Assembly: GCA_963775425.1 (NCBI GenBank)
Contig: CAVZJB010000016.1
Location: 416,001-480,000 of the forward strand
Source: an uncultured delta proteobacterium
GTDB lineage: Bacteria; Myxococcota; UBA727; VGSZ01
DNA length: 64,000 bases
Direction of reading: 5' to 3'
Numbering within the stretch: the stretch's first letter is position 1; each line of letters begins with the position of its first letter. Shown in pieces: positions 38,050 to 46,472 of the stretch. The notes below the pieces were generated by a model that did not search any database, was not told the DNA's origin, and was given only the letters and a program-made list of their open reading frames with translations. A program made the translations under genes and the position numbers.

Positions 38050-38780
38050 GTGGATCGTCTCGGTCGGATCCACCGATCCGCTCGTGCGACGCCAGCACTA
38101 CGCGCAGGCCGTCGCCCTGCGCGCCAAGCTCGACGCGCGCGATCGGGCGCTCCCCGACGGCTTCGAGCCTGCGGTGCGCGAGCCGCCGGACCTTGGCGAG
38201 TCCGCGCGGCGCCTCGAAGGTGCGGTGAAGCGTTTCCCCGACGATGCCGAGCTGCTCATCTTCCTCGCGGCCGCCTACTACGAGCTCGGCGAGCCACAGC
38301 GGGTGATCGACGTCGCGGAGCGTTCGCTGGGGGCGGTTTGTGGCGCGTCGACAACGCCGCCGACGCCGAAGACATCACCCATGACGCGTTTGCCATCTTC
38401 TTCGAGCATTACCAGGCCGGCCGGTTCGACCGCGCGCGGCCGGTGCGTCCATACGTGACGGGGATCGCCGTCCACCTCGCGCTCAAGGGCGCGAGCCGCC
38501 GGTCCCGCGAGGTGCCGCTCCACGGCGACGCGGGTGCCACGCCACCCGACCCGATCGAGGACGCGGACGCCGAGCGTCTGCTCCACGAGCTCCGCGCCCG
38601 GCTCACCGACGAGGAGCGGCGTGTCCTCGACGCGCGCATCGAAGACCCCGGGGAAACCAAGCCACGCTCGGCGCTCGCCTGGGGCTGTCGCGCCAACAGG
38701 TGGTCCGACGCATCGCCGACATCCGGCGCGCGTCCCGCCCGTTCCTTCGGAAAAACGGCTGGCTCCCGCAGTGTGGCTGA
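38050..38780 (+). pseudogene. TPR fragment joined to ECF sigma factor remnant
   Basis: AVKRFPDDAELLIFLAAAYYELGE (TPR); then DAEDITHDAFAIFF..RFD..Y..GIA (region 2) and, after a frameshift ~38657, QATLGARLGLSRQQVVRRI (region 4 HTH). Confidence 0.6.
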
Positions 38781-38799
38781 GGGCTCCGGGGGAGCGGCG

Positions 38800-41370
38800 T
38801 CAGCGCGCGGCGAGCAACGCTTCGGCGAGCGCGGCGGGCGACTCGAGCGCGCTCGCGCTCAGGCGTGCGAGGTCCACGCCGATGTGGAACTCGCCGTCCA
38901 CGGTGCTGACGAGGTCGATGAGCGCCACCGAGTCGAGCAGCTCACGCAGCGGCTGGCGTTCGGGCGCATAACCGTGGTCGATGCGCTCGCGCACGATGGC
39001 CTCGATGCGCGCCTCGACCGCGCCCGCGATGGCATCGCGCGCAGCGCCTGCGCCGTTTGCGCCGTTTGCGCCGTTTGCGCCGTTCGCCCCATTCGCGCCG
39101 TTCGCCCCATTCGCGCCGTTGGCGCCGTTCGCGCCGTTGGCGCCGTTCGCCGTGACGAGCGCGCGGGCCCGCGCGCGAAGCGCCTCTGCGTCGGGCTTGC
39201 CGTTGCTCGTGCGCGGAAGCTCGTCCACGAGCTCGATGTGCGCAGGGACCATGTAGCCCGGCAGGCGCGCGCGCATCTCCCGGCGAACCGTGGTTTCGTC
39301 GGCGCCGTCGGCGAGCTTCAGGAACGCGACCAAGGCGCCGGCGCCCCGCGGGGTCTTCTCGGCGAGCACGATGGCGTCGTGGACGCCGGGCACGTCGCAC
39401 AGCAGGCTCCGCACCTCGCTCGGGTACACGCGGTTGCCGAGGACCTTGAGCATCTGATCGATGCGCCCGACGAGGTGAATGAAGCCGTCGTTGTCGATGA
39501 AGGCGTTGTCGCCCGTGAAGTCGGCGATGACGCCGGCGTCGAAGGGCGCAGGGCGCAGCTTGCTCGCGGTCCTCGCCTCGTCGCCGAGATAGCGCAGCAT
39601 CACGCCGAGCCCCGCGTGCACGAGCTCGCCCACCTCGCCGCGCGTGGCCACGGTGCCGTCGGCGCGCACGACGCACACGGACACGCCCGGGAACGGGCGG
39701 CCGACGCTGGTCTTCTTGGCGTCGAACGACTCCGGCCTGAGCGACGCGGCGCGAAACGCCTCGGTCTGGCCGTAGGTCTTGTAGATGTGCGCTCCCGGGG
39801 CCACCGCGCGGAGGTCGTCGAGGTGGGCGCGCGGGAGGTCGCCGCCGGACACCGTGATGAACCGCAGCGACGCGTGCGGCGCTCCGCTCGAGGTGTCGAA
39901 CGCGAGGCGCGCGTTGATGAAGTCCTGCCAGACCGAGGGAACACACGGGATGCCCGTGACGCGGCGAAGCGCGGCCGCCGCCAACACGTCCATCGGCATC
40001 CACGACTCGCACAGCACGGTCTCGCAGCCGGCGAACGCGGCGGCGAAGAGCTGATTGAGGCCGACGTCGAACGAAAACGGCAGCAAGCTCAGCAGCACGT
40101 CGCCGCGGCCGAGCCCGTACCAACGCACCTCGGTCTCCGCGCGCCACGCGAGGTCCCGCTCGGAGATGCACACGCCCTTTGGCTCCCCGGTGGAGCCCGA
40201 CGTGAACAGCGTGCACCCGACGCGCTCCGCGCTCGGCGGCGGCGGCGGCCCGGCCAGGGCGCCGGCGGCGGCTTGCTCGTCGAAGTCGATCTCGTCGATG
40301 CGCGCGAGCACGATGCCCTTGCGCTCCGCCGGCGTGGACGAGCGCTCGATGGCCTGCAGGCCCTCCGCGTCGACGAAGATCATGCGCGCGCCGGTGGCGG
40401 CGAGCACGCGCTTCATCTGCGGCCAACGCCAGCGCGGGTTCAAGCACGAAAACGCGCGACGCGCGCCGACGGCGCCGAGCATCAGGGCCACGCACTCGGG
40501 CGTGCGCCGCGAGAACAGGAGCGCGTGCTCATCCTCCGCGAGCGCCGCGGACAACAAGCCGCGGGCGACGGCGGCGCGCGACGCGAGCTCCGCCCACGTC
40601 CACGTCCGCAACGTGCCGTCGGCGCGCGCCTCGGCGAGCGCGGCCGAGCGCGGGCGCTCGGCGGCGTTGCGCAAGGTCGCGTGGAACGCGGTGATCGTCG
40701 ACGGCGGCACGGCGGGAGGCGTCGAGACGACCGCGGGCTCGTTGGAGGCGGCACCAAGCGGCGGCACGGCAGCCTCCGTGCGGGCAGGAGGCGCGTGGTC
40801 CGCGTTCCGCTTGGTGTTGGGGATGACCTTGGCCGGCACGCCGATGGCGGTGGACCACGCCGGCACGTCCGCGAGGATGAGCGAGCCGGAGGCGAGGATG
40901 GCGCCCTCGCCGACGTGCACGGGGCCGAGCACCGCGGTGTGACAACCGATCATCACGTGGTCGCCGATCACCGCGCCGCCGGGCTTGGTGCCGGCGCCGA
41001 CCGTGACGACGTGGTGGATGGCGCAGTCGGCGCCGATCTTGGCGTCGCCGCTGATGCGCACCGGGCCGACGTGCGGGATCAGCGTGCCCGGGCCGATGTC
41101 GGCGTCAGGCTCGAGGTTGATGTGCGTGACCAGGGTGAAGACCTTCTTCACCAGGCCGAGGCTCTTGCGAAGCGGCGTGAACAGCGGCCTCGGCTTCAAG
41201 TCGCGTGTGCTTCGCTGGAGGCGATAGAGCGCGAGCGCCCAGAAGCCCTCGGTGCCCCACCCGCTGTAGCCCCACTTCTTGAAGCGCGCGAGATCGGCGC
41301 GCAGCGCGCGGAGCTGGCTGTCGCCCGCCCACTCCTTCACCTTCTTGCCGTCGTACTCGGCCGGGTACAT
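38800..41370 (-). CDS. Fusion: CysE/WcaB-like hexapeptide acetyltransferase, AMP-binding adenylation domain, (GAN)11 linker, acyl-carrier-like domain
   Basis: GGAGGAG RBS. LbH repeats (IGPGTLIPH..IGADCAIHHVVTVG..GVPAKVI); FTSGSTGEPKGV, YGQTE, FTGD, GRIDQMLKVLGNRV, LPRTSNGKPD; LLDSVALIDLVSTVDGEFHI. Confidence 0.85.
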   Translation of the reverse strand: MYPAEYDGKKVKEWAGDSQLRALRADLARFKKWGYSGWGTEGFWALALYRLQRSTRDLKPRPLFTPLRKSLGLVKKVFTLVTHINLEPDADIGPGTLIPHVGPVRISGDAKIGADCAIHHVVTVGAGTKPGGAVIGDHVMIGCHTAVLGPVHVGEGAILASGSLILADVPAWSTAIGVPAKVIPNTKRNADHAPPARTEAAVPPLGAASNEPAVVSTPPAVPPSTITAFHATLRNAAERPRSAALAEARADGTLRTWTWAELASRAAVARGLLSAALAEDEHALLFSRRTPECVALMLGAVGARRAFSCLNPRWRWPQMKRVLAATGARMIFVDAEGLQAIERSSTPAERKGIVLARIDEIDFDEQAAAGALAGPPPPPSAERVGCTLFTSGSTGEPKGVCISERDLAWRAETEVRWYGLGRGDVLLSLLPFSFDVGLNQLFAAAFAGCETVLCESWMPMDVLAAAALRRVTGIPCVPSVWQDFINARLAFDTSSGAPHASLRFITVSGGDLPRAHLDDLRAVAPGAHIYKTYGQTEAFRAASLRPESFDAKKTSVGRPFPGVSVCVVRADGTVATRGEVGELVHAGLGVMLRYLGDEARTASKLRPAPFDAGVIADFTGDNAFIDNDGFIHLVGRIDQMLKVLGNRVYPSEVRSLLCDVPGVHDAIVLAEKTPRGAGALVAFLKLADGADETTVRREMRARLPGYMVPAHIELVDELPRTSNGKPDAEALRARARALVTANGANGANGANGANGANGANGANGANGANGANGAGAARDAIAGAVEARIEAIVRERIDHGYAPERQPLRELLDSVALIDLVSTVDGEFHIGVDLARLSASALESPAALAEALLAAR
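39052..39150 (-). repeat. 9-bp tandem repeat encoding (Ala-Asn-Gly)11
   Basis: GCGCCGTTT/GCGCCGTTC/GCCCCATTC units on the + strand, with synonymous variation. Confidence 0.95.
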
Positions 41371-41506
41371 GCGCGCGTCTCCTCCGCCGCCGCGAGCATA
41401 GACCCCGCCGCTGCCCCGGGGAACTCGACGCCGTCGGGGGATCGAACGCGACCACCGACGACGAGGCGGGGACCGGCGCCCCACCCCAATGTGTGACGCC
41501 GCACAG

Positions 41507-44039
41507 TCAGCGCAGGATCTCGATCTGCTCCGGGTTTTGCAGGACGACCTCCGGCCCCCGATACGTCGTCACGGGCCCGCGCACCTTGACCTCGTGCCCC
41601 TGAAACGCCGTGGCCGGCGACAGGCCCTTGGCGGTGAACTTTGCCTCGTTGCTCGCGAAGATCACCGCGGTGAACGGCGGCCGCTTCTCGTCGGCGAAGC
41701 GGAGCTGGATGCGGTGCTCGTTGACGTTGGTGGCGGCCACGCGCCCGATGATCACCGCCTCGCGCCCGATGACGTGCAGCGCTTCCCCGGGGCTCGCCTC
41801 GGGGACGCCGAGCGCGTTCAGCTCGACGAAGCCGGTCTCGCCGAAGCCGAGCGCGACCTCGGCCCACTGCGCGCGCTTGTGGTCGCTGTCCTTCACGGCG
41901 CCGTGCTCGCCGACGACGCTCACGCGATCGCCGCGTCCGAGGTGGCGCAGCACGTGGCTGCGCGCGTCCTGGGCGCTGTGCACCGTGGTCTTGGCGATGA
42001 CGTCGGCGGCGTAGATGCGGCTCTGGGCCCAGTCGCGCCGAAACAGGTGCTTGTAGTAGCCCGCGATCTTGCGGTCGCCGACGATGACGCCCACCTCGCG
42101 GTTGCCCTTGAAGGAATTCTCGGTCCAGTTGATGGAGCCGACGAAGACGGCGTCGTCGGCGATGATGCCCTTGGCGTGGATCTTCTCGAGGTGCGTGGTC
42201 TCGAGGTTGATGACCTTTGCGTCGAGGTCGAGCCCCTCGGTGCGCGCGAGCTCGTTGAGCCACGCCACGGTGTCGTCGTTGTCGCGGTCTTCGCTGCCCT
42301 GCACGTTGTACCAGGTGCTGTCGAGCAGCACGCGCACCCGAACGCCCCGCCGCGCCGCCGCCACCACGGCCTGCAGCGGGAGGTTGGGCGTGTTCTCGGT
42401 GTCGTCGATCTTGTCGGTGTCGGGATCGCTCGAGTCCTTCTTCCTCCCCCAGCGGCGGCGGACGGAGTTCTGCTCGATGTAGAGCGTCTTTTTGGCGCGC
42501 TCCATCATGCCGATGATGGAGGTGTGCTCGTTCAAGCTCGTGTCGGGCGAGAGCACGAGCTCGAGGTCCATCGGCTCGTCGGCGAACACCGGCTTCTCGG
42601 GCCGCGGGTAGAGGCCGCGCTGCAGGGTGTCGTCGGGCTTGAAGGCGGGATCGCGATAGGGGAGGCCGTAGGCGTCGGTGGGCGAGGCGTCGATGGACGT
42701 GATGTCGGCCATGACACCCGGGCGGAAGTCGGCGTCCCAGACGGCGCGCAGCTCCTTGACCAGTTGCGGGTTTTGCACGTGCACCATCCAGCCGCGGTTG
42801 CCGTACGAGTTGAACACGGGGACGCCGGTGCGGCCGTAGTTCTCGGTGCCGATGACGGCGAGGCGATCGTCGACGAGGACGTACTTGGAGTGGTCGAAGC
42901 GGTAGCGCGGCTTGATGCGCGAGCCTTTCGGTGACGCGAGGAACCACACGCCGACGCCGGCCTTGGCGGCGCGGTCGACGAGGAAGCGCTCCTGGTCGGC
43001 GATGCCGCCGACGGGCGAGCCCTCGAGGTAGAGCGTGACCTTCACGCCGCGCAGCTGCGCCTTCACCAGCTCCTCGGCGATCTTGGGGTTGGTGAGCTCG
43101 TAGACGCGAACGCGCAGCTCTTTCCTGGCGCTGCGGAGGGCCTTGATGAATTCCGCGTAGTTGTTGTCCGGCGCCGAGGTTGCGAGCACCTTGGCCCGCA
43201 CGTGGTGGAGCGGGTGCGCCACGAAGTGCGACTGCCCGGCGATCTCGATGCGATGGGTGGGCTCTTCGCCGAGCTCCTTGCGCGAGAAGCCCGAGTCCCA
43301 GTCGGCGGCGCTGTCGGTGTCGGGGAGGACGTGGCCCTGCTCGTCGCGATCGCGGGCGAGCACCTGCCCCTTCCACCCGTAGAAGCTGCGCTTCTTGAGC
43401 CGGACGGGCTCGCCTTTCCAGGGGACGCCGTCGAAGTCGCCCTCGGAGTAGCGGTGCGCTTTGTCCACCTCGTAGGGGACGAAGTCGACGACGTTGCCGC
43501 TCTCGTCGAGGAGCGCGACGGTCCCGTGCTCGGCCGGGAGGATGAGGAAGCCCTGGGGCGCGCTTGCGTCGGGGACGTCGACGTCGGTGTCGGTGGCCTC
43601 GTACGCGGGCTTTTCGCCGAACACCTTCGCGAAGCCCTTGCCGGACGCCGCGATCCAGAATCTCGCCGCCGGGCGGGATGCGCGCCCCGTCGGGGAGCCG
43701 CACGACCCGCCCGGTGCGGCTGTGCGACGCGGCCCCCGGGTGCGCAGCGTCGATGTGCATCATCGCGTCGGCGGAGCCGGTGTCGCCCCGGTGGCGCCGG
43801 CCCTTCCGGGGCGTGAACGCCTCGGAGAGCGCGAAGCCGCCGACGTTGGCGGCGTGGTGGAGGTCGGTGTTCACCAACCGGACGGCGCTGTCCGGCTCGG
43901 GGGTGCCGAGCAGGACCCCGTCGAAGTGGACCCCGGAGATCAGCACCCGCGCGCTCCGCGCTCCGCCGGCGTGGGCGGGCCGAGGGTCGGCCGACAGCGA
44001 CGCGAGGAGGAGGGCGGTGGCGACGAGGAAACGCAACAT
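41507..44039 (-). CDS. Secreted phospholipase D-family protein (lamin-tail-like domain, two HKD motifs, SH3- and OB-like tail); frameshift ~43660
   Basis: Signal peptide MLRFLVATALLLASLS; HSKYVLVDD..GTEN and HAKGIIADD..GSINW..NRE; removing one base gives GGEIWIAASGKGFAKVFGEKP, joining both halves. Confidence 0.85.
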
Positions 44040-44120
44040 GCGACCCGCCTTGTAACAGAACGCGTTCAGCCGGGGGTCGGTTGCGCGGCGGCGCCGCGGA
44101 TTGGCTACGATACATTCGTC

Positions 44121-45071
44121 GTGGCCCGCCCCGGACCCCTGCTTCGCCTCGTGCACTCCCTCGAAAGACGGCGTGCGGGCCGCGCGTTCCAGCTCGGCAT
44201 GACCCTTCGGCGCGCGGAGACGTCGGCGCCGGTGGCGTCGTCCAGGCAGACCACGCACGGACCGCGCGCGTACGTCGTGGGCTCCGGCGGCGAGCGGGTG
44301 GACATCAACGTCCCCGGCCACGAGGTCACGCCCCTGTTGCCCCGGCACGTCGCCATCCTCGCGGTGCCGCGGGCCGACGGCGTCGTCCTGCGGGCGCTGT
44401 CGCTGCACCCCGAGCGCGGCCTGCACGTCGCGCCCATCGAGACGCCTCCGGACGGCGCGCCCCCGCGCATCCTGGGCGTCGACGACCTCGGCGTCGGCGG
44501 CGCCGTGTCGCGCGACGGCATGCGCCTGTTGTTCGACGGCTACGCGCTCGACGTCCGCGCGTCCCTCGAGACGCCGGCGCTCGACGCCCACGGGCCGGAG
44601 GTCCTCGAGGTGTTCCCGCTCGGCCAGCAGCTCTCGTTCTACGCCGGAGCCTCCGTGAAGAACGTCGGCGACGTGGTCTCGTCGGTGACGGGGCCCGGCG
44701 GCGGCGGGCACGCCATCCCCGCGCTCGTGCAGAGCGTCGACGAGCAGCCGGGCGTGGGCGGGACGTTGGTGCTGCGCACGCGCGGCGGCTTGCATCGCGT
44801 CGAGGTGACCGACGAAGAGCTGCGCCGCGGCCTGTTGATCGGCCGCTCGCGGCGCTGCGTCCTCGGGCGCGGCTTCGACGAAAACGACGGCCTGTCACGC
44901 GTGCACGCCATGGTGCTCGGCATCGACGAGGGCGTGTTCGCCTTCGACCTCGCCTCCCGCTACGGGCTGCGCGACGTCTCGCGGCCGAGCCGCCTGCAGC
45001 CCACCAGTCGCCTCGACGACGGCGTCGGTTGTCTCGTCTACGGCGCGGGTTATCTTACGTTCGAAGCCTGA
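44121..45071 (+). CDS. FHA-domain protein
   Basis: C-terminal LLIGRSRRC..LSRVHAMV..FDLASRYG FHA-like motif; start uncertain (GTG 44121 or ATG 44199). Confidence 0.65.
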   Translation: MARPGPLLRLVHSLERRRAGRAFQLGMTLRRAETSAPVASSRQTTHGPRAYVVGSGGERVDINVPGHEVTPLLPRHVAILAVPRADGVVLRALSLHPERGLHVAPIETPPDGAPPRILGVDDLGVGGAVSRDGMRLLFDGYALDVRASLETPALDAHGPEVLEVFPLGQQLSFYAGASVKNVGDVVSSVTGPGGGGHAIPALVQSVDEQPGVGGTLVLRTRGGLHRVEVTDEELRRGLLIGRSRRCVLGRGFDENDGLSRVHAMVLGIDEGVFAFDLASRYGLRDVSRPSRLQPTSRLDDGVGCLVYGAGYLTFEA

Positions 45072-45170
45072 CGTCCGAGCCTGACAGGGAGGTCCTCGAT
45101 GTTCCGTCAGTTCACCGAGCTCATCTGACGCGTCGCCCGCCGCCACCGGCCGAGCGCGGCGGCCGGCGGT

Positions 45171-46472
45171 GTGCCCCGATGGGGAACGCGCGGCCTCGCC
45201 GCGCTGTTCGCCGTGCCGTTCTTCGACGAGCTGGCCTCGGGGATGCCCACGGCCGGCGCCGCGTCCTTCATCGCCGCGCTGCACCTGTCCACCACGATGT
45301 ACGCGGTCGCGGTGTTCGCCGTGCCCGCCGCCATCGCGATGCTCATCGAGGCGCCGCTGTTCGCGTTCTGCGACGGCCGCCCGCACCTGCGCCCGCGCAT
45401 CATCGCGCTGAGCACGCTCGGCATGGGCGCGGCTTTGCTCGTCGAGGCCGCCGCCCGTGGACCGCTCGGGCTCGCCCTCGGCGTCACGCTCTACGGCCCG
45501 TGCGCGGGGCTCGCCCTCGGCCTCGCGGAGGGCCTCCTCGTCGACGCCGCGCCCGACCGCGTCGAGCGCACCATGGCGCGGCTCACGCTCCTCGGCGCCG
45601 CCGGCGACATCGCGGCGCCGCTGTGCCTCGCCCTCGGCGCCGTGGCGTCGTCGACGAGCGCGGCGCTCGTGGGCGTGGCGGCGCTGCACGTCGTGGCGGC
45701 GCTCCCGCTGTGGCGCGCCGCCCGGAGAGCGCGCGGCGCGCACGCGGCAGAGCCCGGCGACGCAGGGGACGGCGCCGGCGCTGCTGCGGCGGACGCGGCC
45801 GGCGGTGGGCCGGCGGGCCTGCGCGGCCTCGTGCGCGAAGCGCTCGGCAACCGCGCGATGCTCGCGTGGCTCGTCGTCACCGCGCTGTGCGTGCTGCTCG
45901 ACGAGCCGCTCACCGCGCTCGCGGGGCTCTTCTCCGTCGAGCGCTTCGGCAGCGCCACGCTCGTCCTCGCCGCGCTGAGCACGGGCGCCGCCGCCGGCGC
46001 CGTCGTCGTCGAGCGGCTGCTCGGGCGGTTCACGGCCGCCGCCGTCATCGTCGCCGCCTCGGCGCTCGGCGCCGGGGGCGTGCTCGGTTTGGTGGCGTGC
46101 GCGCGCGTCGAGGCCGCCGCCGCGTGGGCGTTCGCCACCGGCCTCGGCGCCGCCGCGCTCTACCCGCTGTCGAAGGCGCAGGCGTATCGCTGCGCCCCCG
46201 GCCGCGCCGCCCTCGTGAACGCTGCCGGTCAGGCCTTCAACGTCGTCGACGTCGCCGCCCCGGTGCTCCTGGCGCTGGTCGCCGACCGCTTCGGCGTGCC
46301 GGCGGCGCTGGCGTGTCTGCTGGCGCAGCCGGTGGCGTGCACCGCCATGGCGCTCGTCTCCCGCGCCGGCCGGTCACGACCTCAAGGCGAGGTGGCGACC
46401 GCCGCGGCGACGTCGTCGACGGAGCCGAGCGCCGCCGACAGCACCGACGGCGGCGGCGCGCCCAGGCGGTAG
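45171..46472 (+). CDS. MFS transporter
   Basis: ~12 hydrophobic segments in two halves; 3' tail overlaps the convergent gene by ~90 bp. Confidence 0.72.
   Translation: MPRWGTRGLAALFAVPFFDELASGMPTAGAASFIAALHLSTTMYAVAVFAVPAAIAMLIEAPLFAFCDGRPHLRPRIIALSTLGMGAALLVEAAARGPLGLALGVTLYGPCAGLALGLAEGLLVDAAPDRVERTMARLTLLGAAGDIAAPLCLALGAVASSTSAALVGVAALHVVAALPLWRAARRARGAHAAEPGDAGDGAGAAAADAAGGGPAGLRGLVREALGNRAMLAWLVVTALCVLLDEPLTALAGLFSVERFGSATLVLAALSTGAAAGAVVVERLLGRFTAAAVIVAASALGAGGVLGLVACARVEAAAAWAFATGLGAAALYPLSKAQAYRCAPGRAALVNAAGQAFNVVDVAAPVLLALVADRFGVPAALACLLAQPVACTAMALVSRAGRSRPQGEVATAAATSSTEPSAADSTDGGGAPRR

Noticed and set aside
46382-46472. ~90-bp convergent overlap of MFS and lipoprotein genes as antisense regulation
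   Set aside because: More simply a lost stop or indel giving a low-complexity tail; no supporting signal.
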